A stretch of 64,000 bases of DNA from Nitrospirota bacterium. Its GTDB lineage: Bacteria > Nitrospirota > UBA9217. The notes beneath the pieces were generated by a model. It had not been told where the DNA came from. It made no database searches and saw nothing but the letters and a program-made list of their open reading frames with translations. Shown piece after piece: positions 20,860 to 30,993 of the stretch (its first letter is position 1; each line of letters starts with the position of its first letter). The stretch spans positions 32,001 to 96,000 of the forward strand of contig CAWJQQ010000006.1 of NCBI GenBank assembly GCA_963845065.1, in the 5' to 3' direction. Position numbers and translations under genes: made by a program.

Positions 20860-22317
20860 TCACATCCATTTCTGCGGCCCCAAAGCCGAGATCTCCGCCA
20901 CATACCGCGCGATTTTGAGTACTTCATCTTCGCTGTTCCGTTCCTGGAACATGGAGATCAGCTCATTCATGTGCTCTTCGATGAACCTCGTCGAAAAATC
21001 ACCGGCTATGAACGCTGGGTGCCGAATGATGCTTAGCAAGAGAGGCGCAAGGGTCTTTACACCCTCGACTCGCAAGTTCCTGCTGATGGAGCGGTCCATG
21101 GCCCGCACTGCATCTTCCCGGTCAGCGCCCGCGGTCATAAGGAGCATGAACAGCGAGTCGTAATAGGGAGGAATATCGGCACCCTCATAAATTCCGGAGG
21201 CCACACGCACACCAGGCCCCATCGGAGTCTGAAGCCTGGTGACCGTGCCGAAGGAAGGGCTGAAGGTTTTCGGGTCCTCGGCATTCAATCGCACTTCGAG
21301 GGCCCACCGGTTCGGCCGTATGTCAGTCTGCTTAAACGGCAGCTTTTTGCCGGTCACTGCGTCAAGCATGATACTGACGATGTCCAAGCCGGTGATTAGC
21401 TCGGTGATGCCGTGCTCCACCTGGAGCCGTGTATTTACTTCTAAAAAATAGAATTTGCGAGTCGCGGAATCAAATATGAACTCTACAGTGCCGGCTGTTG
21501 TATAGCCGATTTCCCGCATCAAACGCGTTGCGGTGAAGCAGATTTCCTGCCGCAAACCGTCATCGAGAGTAGGAGATGGCGCTTCTTCTATGATTTTCTG
21601 GTTCCGGCGCTGGAGCGTGCATTCGCGCTCGTATAGATGTACTACGTTTCCGTGTTCGTCGGCTACGATCTGGACCTCGATATGCCTGCCGCGTTCGATA
21701 TATTTTTCAACCAGGATCGTCTCATCTCCAAAGGCCTTCTTGGCCTCCGAACGGGCTTGGGCAAATCCCTGGGCCATCTGGTCATCGTTCTCGACTTTAA
21801 CCATGCCCTTGCCTCCTCCGCCTGCTGCGGCCTTGATCATGATGGGGAACGCGACCTTGTCATCCTGCATCCACTTTTTGATCTGCACGATGTCGCTTAC
21901 ATTGCTGATACCCGGGATTGTGGGAACATTGGCTTTCTGGGCAATAAGCTTTGCCTGAATTTTATCTCCCATCCTCCTGATGACCTTAGGTGAAGGCCCC
22001 ACCCACGTGAGACCAGCATCGATCACTTTTTGCGCAAAGACGTCGTTTTCGGCTAGGAACCCCCAGCCTGGGTGGACCGCATCGGACTTGCTCCGAAGCG
22101 CTGCGTCGATCATCTTCTCCATGTGGAGATAAGACTCGACAGGCGGTGCCTCACCGATATGCACAGTTGCGTCAGCCATGAAGACATGGTGTGCCAGTCG
22201 GTCGGGAGTGCTGTATACGGCTGTGGTCAGTATCCTCCGGTCCCTGCAGGTATGCATGATCCGGACAGCTGGGACACCGCGATTAGCAATCAGCAATTTT
22301 TTGATCGTTCTATTCAT
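20860..22317 (-). CDS. biotin carboxylase subunit (pyruvate carboxylase subunit A family)
   Basis: LIANRG, HPGWGFLAEN, KAAAGGGGKGM, ERECTLQRRNQK, FLEVNTRLQVEH, YYDS. Confidence 0.92.
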   Translation of the reverse strand: MNRTIKKLLIANRGVPAVRIMHTCRDRRILTTAVYSTPDRLAHHVFMADATVHIGEAPPVESYLHMEKMIDAALRSKSDAVHPGWGFLAENDVFAQKVIDAGLTWVGPSPKVIRRMGDKIQAKLIAQKANVPTIPGISNVSDIVQIKKWMQDDKVAFPIMIKAAAGGGGKGMVKVENDDQMAQGFAQARSEAKKAFGDETILVEKYIERGRHIEVQIVADEHGNVVHLYERECTLQRRNQKIIEEAPSPTLDDGLRQEICFTATRLMREIGYTTAGTVEFIFDSATRKFYFLEVNTRLQVEHGITELITGLDIVSIMLDAVTGKKLPFKQTDIRPNRWALEVRLNAEDPKTFSPSFGTVTRLQTPMGPGVRVASGIYEGADIPPYYDSLFMLLMTAGADREDAVRAMDRSISRNLRVEGVKTLAPLLLSIIRHPAFIAGDFSTRFIEEHMNELISMFQERNSEDEVLKIARYVAEISALGPQKWM

Positions 22318-22546
22318 TACACGATACCTTTCCAGAAGATACCTTCCATTGTCGTTCCGTAGTACATAATTTTTTCCCAAATTGTTCCATTTGTCAAGAA
22401 CTGATTTAATCGCAATATCATATGGAGTTCAATCGTGAAGACTGCTGCTTTTCGCGTCTAAACAAACTTGTTCGAAGTGTAGTATCACACAATTGCCGGG
22501 ATCACCCAAACCGGGACCTAATACCTCATTCCCGGGTCTATAGTAC

Positions 22547-22576
22547 AAAAAAAACCCTGTGCAAGCTTGCACAGGG
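22547..22576 (-). terminator. intrinsic terminator
   Basis: palindrome CCCTGTGCAAGCTTGCACAGGG followed by T8 on the minus strand, just after the 22605 stop. Confidence 0.85.
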
Positions 22577-22604
22577 CTAAAAAGACCTTTTCTCAGTAGC
22601 CTGA

Positions 22605-23369
22605 TCACCGTTGAATTTTTGCCTGTTCCATGATCACGCTATATTTATAACCTGCGCCGAAATCCTTGTCTTTAAATACCGTTCCCTTAACCGTTACGAT
22701 ATCGCCGACCGTCGGGTTGTCTTGGGAAGTTGCTATCAGGTCGTTGGTGCCTTTGGTTGTTTCACCTGTGCCATCCTGTAAATGTATCCAATTTTTACCC
22801 ATAATCCCTGTGGAAACCTTCACGACCTTCCCGCGAATGACGGCAGGTTTTTCATTTAATGAATCCTTTTTTGCAAATACTTCTGCAACTGTGTATGCAT
22901 TCTTCCCTGCAGCTTTTTTCACTCTAACCTTTTTATCAGATGCTGAAGATGCTGCTTTTATTGTATCATGAATTGCAGTTGCGTCGTTGCTCGCTACCTC
23001 TGGTTGTGCAGTAATTGGTCCGGTGGTAAAGTATATACTGTTAAAGGTCCTATTCAGCGTTTTGCTCGTGAAATTCTTCATTTCCATACCATGATCGAAC
23101 GTCATTACCTGACCTTTCGTGACGGCCATTTGCGGTACAGCAAACCAGATTTTTTTGCCCTTTTGATCCAGGCAAATATACGAATATCCCCCGGAATTCA
23201 TAGTTTCCACGACATTACCAGATACGATTTGAGGGGTGTCTGCAATTTTATTCATTTCGGTGCTCGGTTTAGACTCGGGTTTGTCCGCTTTACCAAATGC
23301 CCACACAGTGAATAGTGTGGTAATAACTGCAATCGAACCTAATGCAACTGCATAAGACCATCGTTTCAT
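22605..23369 (-). CDS. exported two-OB-fold protein (NrfJ-like)
   Basis: signal peptide, GNVVETMNSGGYSY, IRGKVVKV, IMGKNWIHLQDG, KDFGAGYKY. Confidence 0.75.
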   Translation of the reverse strand: MKRWSYAVALGSIAVITTLFTVWAFGKADKPESKPSTEMNKIADTPQIVSGNVVETMNSGGYSYICLDQKGKKIWFAVPQMAVTKGQVMTFDHGMEMKNFTSKTLNRTFNSIYFTTGPITAQPEVASNDATAIHDTIKAASSASDKKVRVKKAAGKNAYTVAEVFAKKDSLNEKPAVIRGKVVKVSTGIMGKNWIHLQDGTGETTKGTNDLIATSQDNPTVGDIVTVKGTVFKDKDFGAGYKYSVIMEQAKIQR

Positions 23370-23493
23370 TTTTTTTGCACTCCTTGTTTGGATTTATCTG
23401 TAGACGAATCAGTTTTAAACTTTCGGGATTTTACAGCTTTTGGGACTAATAAGCAAGCTTGTTTTCTGAAGCTTTAGTTTTTAGTATGAAAAA

Positions 23494-24618
23494 TTATGCT
23501 GATTTATAGAACAAATCGTGTTTTACGCCACGGCTGATAAGGTAGCTGATGACTTCGGATGGTTTGAAGAACATTCGAAGCTTCCAGGCGTTTTTCTTGG
23601 ATTTGTTAAATACCTGCTCATCAAGCGTATCAATAAATCGCAAAATCTCCTCCCGTTCGTCATCGCTGAAATCGAAGGACTTTGCTTTTTTGATTTCCTC
23701 AATCGGGTCGGACTTCGTGATCCGGTCAACGATCTTCCTGGTTGCGGCATAGTAGTTGGCCCCTTCGGGGCGATCAAAGAATTTCGGAACGTTCAGGAGA
23801 TGGTTCGTGAGCTCCCGCGCTTCGGGTAGGTCTCCCATGTGTTCGAGGTTGATGCCGAGCTTATCAGAGCAGAGTGAGATCAGGTTCTTGACGAGCAGAT
23901 GGGTCTGTCCCTCCGGCGCACGATTTATGATGAGGGCAGGTGAGAATGACTCTTCGATTTCATCGATAAGAGTAAGCAGGTCGGGAGACGTCTTCGTAAG
24001 AGCATCCCTGAACCACTCGAGGGTGAACCGCTTTTCGCTGTCACCGCTTTTCGTTTCGGCCTCGATGAGAGCGGCAATTTCCCGCTGATTCTTGAAAATA
24101 TTTTGCATCTTGCGGAAGAGAGCGCCCTTGACAAAACTGTATGCATTCATTACCGCACCCGGTTCAGGAGCCGTGACGACTACGCCACAGTCCGAAATAC
24201 CGAAAAAATCGAGGGTGTTGAAATGCACTCCCGCCCCCAGGTCGATAATGACATAATCCGCTGGAAGCGTTCGCAGATGCCGCATGAGCTTGAGTTTCAT
24301 CCAGTGGGCCGGATTCGTAATGCCCGGGACAAATTCGGCGCCACTGATAAGCCCGAGGTTGTTCACTGAAGTTTCAACCACTAGATTTTCGAGGGATGGG
24401 ACCTTCCCAAGTATGAAGTCAGCGATTGTCGGCGTCCGTCCAAGGATGCCAAGGTAGGTATGCAGGTTAGCCGCGCCCAGGTCGAGGTCTGCCAGCACAA
24501 CGCTCTTGCCGCTTCGGGCGAGTGCAGTTCCCAATCCGATAGACAGGATGCTCTTGCCCACCCCCCCCTTGCCGCCGCCGACGGAAATAATTATCCCGGC
24601 TGGAAGAGTATCTTTCAT
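23494..24618 (-). CDS. MinD/ParA/FlhG-family ATPase with C-terminal extension
   Basis: deviant Walker A GGKGGVGKS, DLDLGAANLH, IDLGAG. Confidence 0.88.
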   Translation of the reverse strand: MKDTLPAGIIISVGGGKGGVGKSILSIGLGTALARSGKSVVLADLDLGAANLHTYLGILGRTPTIADFILGKVPSLENLVVETSVNNLGLISGAEFVPGITNPAHWMKLKLMRHLRTLPADYVIIDLGAGVHFNTLDFFGISDCGVVVTAPEPGAVMNAYSFVKGALFRKMQNIFKNQREIAALIEAETKSGDSEKRFTLEWFRDALTKTSPDLLTLIDEIEESFSPALIINRAPEGQTHLLVKNLISLCSDKLGINLEHMGDLPEARELTNHLLNVPKFFDRPEGANYYAATRKIVDRITKSDPIEEIKKAKSFDFSDDEREEILRFIDTLDEQVFNKSKKNAWKLRMFFKPSEVISYLISRGVKHDLFYKSA

Positions 24619-24751
24619 GCTGACACTGTAGCAGGTTTTATGAGAGCTGTAAAGAGCCGATAGCAGAAGTCAAAATATCAATGTAGCGTAACTGATACTA
24701 TCGCCGCCATCATGCGAGTCGCTTGCTACTTTGTTCTGTCTGCTGCCCAAA

Positions 24752-25234
24752 TTACAACTTATAGCCGATCTTGCGTAAGAACCCTTTTCGTTGTTCCTTA
24801 TCCATCGGGGTCTCGACGCCCTTGGGCGAGAAACCGTCAATAACGCCGAGAATGCCCTTGCCCTGTTCTGTTGAACCGATTACGACCTCTAGCGGATTGG
24901 CAGTTGCACAAAAAATGCGGCAGACCTCGGGACAGTTTTTTATCTGGTTAAGGATATTGATCGGGAAGGCATTTTTGATAAAGATACAAAACAAATGTCC
25001 CGCACCAAGGGACTGAAGGGCCGCAATGCTAGCAGCAATCATGGCGGCATCGTTCCCTTCAGTGCGGATGAGGCAAGGTCCGGATGCTTCGTTAAAAGCA
25101 ACACCGAACTTTGCCTGAGGCACCGACGTGGCAATGAGTTCGTAGAGATCTTCGGCTGTCTTAATGAAATGGGTCTGGCCCAGGATAATGTTGCACTCTT
25201 CTGGGATGTCAATGCGAACGGTCTGTAGTTCCAT
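24752..25234 (-). CDS. adenosine-specific kinase family (DUF355)
   Basis: NIILGQTHFIKT, FNEASGPCL, IFCATANP, GVIDGFSPKG, FLRKIGYKL. Confidence 0.88.
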   Translation of the reverse strand: MELQTVRIDIPEECNIILGQTHFIKTAEDLYELIATSVPQAKFGVAFNEASGPCLIRTEGNDAAMIAASIAALQSLGAGHLFCIFIKNAFPINILNQIKNCPEVCRIFCATANPLEVVIGSTEQGKGILGVIDGFSPKGVETPMDKEQRKGFLRKIGYKL

Positions 25235-25325
25235 GTCTGCCTCCTAATCTATAAAAGTAATAATATTATATCAGCTTCGTGATCTTAAAATCGATCTGAT
25301 GCATACCTTCCTGAGAGCCCTGTCA

Positions 25326-25460
25326 TCACATCAGGATATCCCTTCCTTGCCGACATATTGCGTCGCTTGGTCGACTGAGAAGACCGATAAGATTCTTTTG
25401 CTGATTGTCGACTTCTGCAATTTTGACCGAATAGAAATCGTTAAGCAGGATTATTATCAT
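25326..25460 (-). pseudogene. bacteriohemerythrin N-terminal relic
   Basis: MIIILLNDFYSVKIAEVDNQQKNLIGLLS resembles W..SYSV...ID.QHK.L but with W and H lost; truncated at 44 aa. Confidence 0.6.
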
Positions 25461-25775
25461 GTCGCTATTTCCTATCTTTTATGGGATTCAGGCCGCTTGA
25501 TCCTGCCCAAGAGGACCATTCCAAACGCTGCGCAACATCGATCGCTGTCGAACAGACAGCTACAGCTATGAGGATAAGTCGCCCACCGCCGCATCTTCGG
25601 CATTAGCGCAACCGGCTCTTTCAATTATGCTCAGCACACCTGAATCGTGCACGAGCTGATTCTCCTTTGTGAAAAAATAGAGAGGTCTAACAAAACCAAA
25701 AAAGGAGCAACAGTCCGGATCAGCATTAAGAAGCAATTGTCATTGGATTATTATTAAGGAGAACTGCGCAATAGG

Positions 25776-26462
25776 TCAGAGCGGTTTTTTTTGGAGCACT
25801 GCTGACGCAGTTCCATTCTGGAGCAGATCGAGCATCCGCGTAATAGACTCTTCATGGAGTTCATGGATGAGCACCCGGTCTACTCCGCGCCGCCTCTTCT
25901 TGTTGAGAAACGAGAGAAACACCATGCTTTTGTAAATGCGTCTGTTGGTCTTAAATGAAAAGATAAAGCTGTCGAGCGAGTTCTCAAGAAGGAGGTCGCT
26001 TCGTTGTCGCACCGCCTTGCTAATCAGTATGGTCTGCAACCAGTAAGTCTTGTCGATTATACTGTCTGCCTTCATCTCGATCCAAGTATGGCCCATGTTC
26101 CCCAGTTCATCGGTCAAGGTCTCGTGGGCCACCGTGTCTGCGGCAAGGTGGGCCAGATAACCGTAGGCGAACGAGCGCTCGGGCCATGTCTTGGCTTGTT
26201 CGAGAAGTTTTAGTCCCACATCCCAGGAGTGAGAGCTTTTTTCATCGGGTAAATATTTCTTCCCGAGAATCATATCAGCCATGAGATTGCCGTATAGAAA
26301 ATCCTGTTTATATTTTTTCAGAAGGGCATGAATGCCGGCGGGCAGGATAGTTGCGCAGGAGAGCAATTCATTGCCGAGATACATGTGGGTCATTGGACCC
26401 CACGCAAAGGCCAAAGAGGGTATGAGTATGAATCCGGCTGCTAGTAATAAAATAAATGACAT
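25776..26462 (-). CDS. zinc-dependent phospholipase C family protein
   Basis: signal peptide then WGPMTH, SHSW, GYLAHLAADTVAH, HTWIE. Confidence 0.82.
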   Translation of the reverse strand: MSFILLLAAGFILIPSLAFAWGPMTHMYLGNELLSCATILPAGIHALLKKYKQDFLYGNLMADMILGKKYLPDEKSSHSWDVGLKLLEQAKTWPERSFAYGYLAHLAADTVAHETLTDELGNMGHTWIEMKADSIIDKTYWLQTILISKAVRQRSDLLLENSLDSFIFSFKTNRRIYKSMVFLSFLNKKRRRGVDRVLIHELHEESITRMLDLLQNGTASAVLQKKPL

Positions 26463-26942
26463 AGTCACTTCAATAATAAATAATATAAGTATAGACGTAT
26501 GGATATGAGCTTATATAATACCCTATTAAAACCCTCCCCGTCAATAATAAAGTTGTCTCATCTACAATATCAGACAGTGTGGTCTAAAGTTTAGGGAAAA
26601 TAGCACGGTGGTAACTTTCAGGGCATCGTTTACAAGAAAAATGCTTACAATATCGTTCAGTTGCATATTCTTAACTGCTTGAACAATTACTCCTCGGATT
26701 ATTCTTGAACTTTATTTTTACGGCTCTTAAGAGTTATTAACATAACCTTTAACACCAACAAGCGCTTGATTGTGAACGATATGCGGAACACTAATTTACT
26801 GAACGATGTCCTGAACGTTGTCAGCTAGGGCTTAAATAATAGATATTAGAAATTTATGGGAGGCTTTACTGGCAAGGGGATATTGAGTGTTTTTGCAACT
26901 GTCTGAATTGCAGTGAGCTGTTAGCAACACTCAGAAAGGGAG

Positions 26943-27170
26943 CTAATGACAGCCTGCGCAGGAAGACGACGAACAGCCCCCGCACCCGGAGCTTCCGTTT
27001 GAGTCGCTCGAAGACGACGCGCCCGATGATCTACCCATGCCGAAACGCGACATAAGCTTCTCCGTATTCATCGATCCGCATTTCCCACAGGCGACAGATT
27101 GATTCGACCCGAAAACGAGCTTTTCGAAGTCGGCGTTACAGGTTTTACAATGATATTCATAGATAGGCAT
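26943..27170 (-). CDS. FmdB-family zinc-ribbon protein
   Basis: MPIYEYHCKTC...CGKCGS; Ser/Gly tail with CGGC..CAGC. Confidence 0.85.
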   Translation of the reverse strand: MPIYEYHCKTCNADFEKLVFGSNQSVACGKCGSMNTEKLMSRFGMGRSSGASSSSDSNGSSGCGGCSSSSCAGCH

Positions 27171-27273
27171 ATTTTTCACCTTTTGTACTACGGAGGAGCA
27201 CGATTAACAACCAAAAAAAAGAATGAGCCAACTTTTATCGCTTGCGACCGTGTTTATCAGTAGTCATGGCCCT

Positions 27274-27927
27274 TTATTTTTTCTCCAGTTTTTTCCAGTC
27301 AGACAGAAACTTCTCAATCCCGATGTCTGTGAGGGGGTGTTTCACAAGCTGGTCGATCACGCCGAAGGGGATGGTGGAAATGTGGGCACCTGCTAAAGCT
27401 GCGTCAACGACGTGGAGCGGGTTCCGCACACTTGCAACGATAACCTCGGTCCCATAGCCGTAATTATTATAAATCGTTACGATTTGGCGCACGAGATCCA
27501 TGCCGTAGTGGCTAATGTCATCAAGCCTGCCCACGAAGGGACTTACGTAAGCTGCTCCAACTTTTGCCGCTAGCAGCGCCTGCATGGGTGAAAAGACCAG
27601 CGTCATATTCACACGGAGTCCCTGCTCCGCCAGCACTTTCGTCGCTTTCAGCCCGTCCTTGGTCATAGGTAGTTTCACCACGATGTTTTTGTGGATCTTC
27701 GCAAGGTCCATCCCCTCAGTTATCATTTTCTCAGCCTCAAGGCTTACAGCCTCAGCGCTAATAGGCCCATCGACGATTGAACAAATCTCGGCTATTACCT
27801 GCTTGAAGTCGCGTCCTTCCCTAGCGATAAGTGATGGATTGGTGGTCACGCCGTCGACGACTCCCAGGCTCGCCGCTTCGCGGATCTCGCTCACATTTGC
27901 TGTATCAATAAAAAATTTCACTTTCAT
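27274..27927 (-). CDS. tal: transaldolase (small TalC/MipB type)
   Basis: DTAN, GVTTNPS, VVKLP Schiff-base Lys, YVSPFVGR (Phe as in transaldolases, not Tyr as in FSA). Confidence 0.9.
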   Translation of the reverse strand: MKVKFFIDTANVSEIREAASLGVVDGVTTNPSLIAREGRDFKQVIAEICSIVDGPISAEAVSLEAEKMITEGMDLAKIHKNIVVKLPMTKDGLKATKVLAEQGLRVNMTLVFSPMQALLAAKVGAAYVSPFVGRLDDISHYGMDLVRQIVTIYNNYGYGTEVIVASVRNPLHVVDAALAGAHISTIPFGVIDQLVKHPLTDIGIEKFLSDWKKLEKK

Positions 27928-27982
27928 TCCTTTCTCATTCACATTGAGACGCTGTGGGGTTAATTATTTTTGGTAGTATACA

Positions 27983-29269
27983 TCAGGCATTCCGTTTTTG
28001 ATTCACTATTTCCAAGTCAGAGTAGCGCGATTCGCATTTCGTAATTAGTAACGCCTTTTCTAGCACCTGTACCGTATGCACAACTTTAACGATAGAGCCG
28101 GCCCGCATTAACGCATTTGCTATCTGCATTGAGCATCCGGGGCATCCGGTCACGACTGCGGCAGCTTTTGTCGCTATGATGTCTCTGGCCTTCTTTTCAG
28201 CAATACCGTTGGACAATTTTTGATGTGTCATTCGCATCACGCCACCGAAGCCACAGCAGCGATCGGCGTTCCTCATCTCCCTGATCGTCAACTGAGGGAT
28301 TGATTGGAGCAGGTTTCTAAGGACTTTCGAAAGCCCCTGCCCCCTACTGAGATGACAGGCGTCATGGACGGTAACGCTTCCCGCATACGGCGCGAGCCTT
28401 ATACCCCCCAGCTTCATGGACAAAAATTCATGGATATCGAGTATATTGAGGGAATTGCAATCTAGCCGCAGCAATGTAGGATAATCCTTTTTAAAAGTCA
28501 AGCCGCAGGAAGCGCATGCTGTAACGATTGCATCAGCCTTGACGGCCGCTAAGACTGCGACATTGTGCGCCGCGTGCTCCTCCGCAGCAGCCCTATGCCC
28601 GAGGGAGAGAAGCGGCCTGCCGCAGCATTTCAACCCCTTCGGGTTGATCACCTCATAGCCGAGGGAATTTAGCACGTTCTTAGCTGCCCTCCCGATCTCC
28701 GGCTGAAAATTATCTATGGCGCATCCCGAAAAGAATGCTACCTTCCCCCGTGTCCGTGGTGTTTGGCTCCCGATTGCAGTTCCCATTGTGCTTTGTACTC
28801 TGTACGCTGTACTTCCATCCTGCCCCTCCCCCCCTGCAGAATCCTGCCCCTTTGAATAATGCAGTACGAGCGGCGCAAGCCAGGCACTCGCCCGAAGTGC
28901 GGTAGGGTGTTTCAGCACTTCTGAAACGATCCTGTTGACAATACTGGTCCCCGATTCTCGAACTGCCTGTTCCTTCGCTGCTTGGATAATTTCAGCAACG
29001 GGCACCCCGCTCGGGCAGGAAGTTTCGCAGGCAAGACATCCGGTACACGTCGCAAGGCGATCTTTGTAGATGTTGGAAACTGCGAGTTTCCTCTCCAAAA
29101 CCGCTTTGACTAAAGACATCCTACCGCGCGCAGAATACGATTCTCCCAGTTCTTGCAGAAACGGGGGGCAATCAGCGCGGCAGGAACCGCACTTTACACA
29201 GCGCTCGATATCCTGGCGGAAGTGTTCCAAGAGCGTTGGGGTTATCTGATCGGAGAAGGTTCGCTTCAT
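27983..29269 (-). CDS. GlcF-like (Fe-S)-binding protein with two CCG domains
   Basis: CVKCGSCRADCP, CTGCLACETSCP, CCG twice, ACASC, HDACH, GCPGC; start uncertain. Confidence 0.85.
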   Translation of the reverse strand: MKRTFSDQITPTLLEHFRQDIERCVKCGSCRADCPPFLQELGESYSARGRMSLVKAVLERKLAVSNIYKDRLATCTGCLACETSCPSGVPVAEIIQAAKEQAVRESGTSIVNRIVSEVLKHPTALRASAWLAPLVLHYSKGQDSAGGEGQDGSTAYRVQSTMGTAIGSQTPRTRGKVAFFSGCAIDNFQPEIGRAAKNVLNSLGYEVINPKGLKCCGRPLLSLGHRAAAEEHAAHNVAVLAAVKADAIVTACASCGLTFKKDYPTLLRLDCNSLNILDIHEFLSMKLGGIRLAPYAGSVTVHDACHLSRGQGLSKVLRNLLQSIPQLTIREMRNADRCCGFGGVMRMTHQKLSNGIAEKKARDIIATKAAAVVTGCPGCSMQIANALMRAGSIVKVVHTVQVLEKALLITKCESRYSDLEIVNQKRNA

Positions 29270-29419
29270 CTGAGAGAATTTCCTATCAGGAGCAGGGAGC
29301 AAAGGATTAACACTATGTTTATTCAGATGCCTGACTTACCTACCCCATGCCTGAAGGCATTGTGTCTATAATTATTTTGGCTCAGTCGCCGGGTTTAGTC
29401 GCTGTTACTTTTTTTGTAT

Positions 29420-30058
29420 TCACGGCAGGATCGTCACCGGCGTTCCGAGAGACACCACACTAAAAAGTTCGTCAACGTCGGCATTATCCAGCGCAATGCA
29501 GCCATCGGTCCAATTCATGCCGACTAATGGTAATGATCGACTTGTTACAGCGCTTTCCAGGAGCCGGCCATGAATACCTACGCCACCGCCGAGCCGCGTG
29601 TCCCAGGGTGGTGGCTGCCGTTCTTCCATGGCCTTTTTGATCGAAACATATTCAGACTGGGAAATCATCCCGGACTTTAAGCCATACTCAGCGTGTTTAA
29701 GATCGGGATAGCTAAGGCCCATGAATTTATAGAACCGCTTACTGTGCTTCATGGTGCATATATAAAATTCCCCTTCCGGGGTTCGCTTGTCGCCCTGCAT
29801 CTCTTTGTCGCCATCCTGAAAGCCTCTGCCGAATACGGCCCGATAGGTCTTGACAGGATCGTCTCCTTTGTAGAGGGTCACCGTGTACTGCGACTTCCAG
29901 ATGATAAGCCGGAGTTGCCCGGGATGGGACGAGAGCCGGTCGGCAAGAATATCCGCCTTCGGCGCCGTTGCCTCTGGCGATGGAGATATGCAACTGAGAA
30001 GCAGGATTGCTGCGAGGAGCCTGACCAGGAAAAGAGTATTTTTTCGAATCCGCGTCAT
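29420..30058 (-). CDS. L,D-transpeptidase (YkuD) family protein
   Basis: GDKRTPEG, LSYP, GIHG, WTDGCIAL; lipoprotein-like signal. Confidence 0.9.
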   Translation of the reverse strand: MTRIRKNTLFLVRLLAAILLLSCISPSPEATAPKADILADRLSSHPGQLRLIIWKSQYTVTLYKGDDPVKTYRAVFGRGFQDGDKEMQGDKRTPEGEFYICTMKHSKRFYKFMGLSYPDLKHAEYGLKSGMISQSEYVSIKKAMEERQPPPWDTRLGGGVGIHGRLLESAVTSRSLPLVGMNWTDGCIALDNADVDELFSVVSLGTPVTILP

Positions 30059-30072
30059 TTTTCCGACCGCGG

Positions 30073-30336
30073 TTACGAGCGGTTCCTGTCATCATACTGC
30101 TTGGCACAGGTCTCGCTGCAAAACAGGCAGACTTTTCCGTTGATCCGCCGGGTCACCGCGCGACTCTTTACCACATAGGTGTGGCACTCAGGGTCTTGCA
30201 CCATCTCTTCTCCAGGAAGGACTGTGCTGCTGTGCCGTTCATCTGCGTAATATCCACGGACCGCAGAACGGAAAACGGCTTTTAGCGCATAGTATACAAA
30301 GAGAAGAACAAAAAAAATCAGCAGGCTTCGAATCAT
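30073..30336 (-). CDS. small membrane-anchored YHS/TRASH-like metal-binding protein
   Basis: N-terminal TM, MVQDPECHTYV, FCSETC. Confidence 0.8.
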   Translation of the reverse strand: MIRSLLIFFVLLFVYYALKAVFRSAVRGYYADERHSSTVLPGEEMVQDPECHTYVVKSRAVTRRINGKVCLFCSETCAKQYDDRNRS

Positions 30337-30908
30337 CTAGTTCCCTTCGGAATCTCCTTATGCAAGGTCTCTATATTGGATCTGATGGCATCAGCATAAG
30401 GAAAATTCGGTGCCTGCTTCAACAGCTCTTCCCAGATATGGATAGCGGCCAGATAATTCTTCTTGTCGTTCGCCAGGACGATCCCCATGTTGTATCGGGC
30501 ATTCAGGTGAGCCGGCTCATGCGCAAGTGCTATACGGTATTCAGCAAGTGCCCGGTCCGGCATGTTCATTTGTCGGTATGCTGTTCCCATGTCGGTGCGC
30601 ACGTCGGCATTACTAGGATCAATGCGCAGTGCATGCTCGTACATCGTAATCGCATCATTCCATCGCCCGCTGTCGAAATATGCATTCCCCATGGCGACCA
30701 GGGCAGCGAAATTATTTGGATCCTCAGAAAGGATTGTGCGATATTCCTCGATCAGACCATTATAGTCGGGACTTTGTGATTCGTCGAACTTTTTCGAGTG
30801 GTTTATCTCGGTAGTGACAGCATGTGGTTTCTTTTCCTCTATCCGATGGCACGCGATCAGAAGCGGCAGGGAGAGAACTGCCATGATAAAAACTTTTTTC
30901 ATCATCAT
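30333..30908 (-). CDS. TPR lipoprotein
   Basis: LLIAC lipobox, TPR helices, ADVRTDMGTAY; start uncertain. Confidence 0.85.
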   Translation of the reverse strand: MMMKKVFIMAVLSLPLLIACHRIEEKKPHAVTTEINHSKKFDESQSPDYNGLIEEYRTILSEDPNNFAALVAMGNAYFDSGRWNDAITMYEHALRIDPSNADVRTDMGTAYRQMNMPDRALAEYRIALAHEPAHLNARYNMGIVLANDKKNYLAAIHIWEELLKQAPNFPYADAIRSNIETLHKEIPKGTR

Positions 30909-30993
30909 TAAACCTGTGGAATTCTTTACCATAAGACGGCGACAGCACCCTCCTCCGCGTTGATGGGACATCCAGAACCGTACACTCTTTCAG

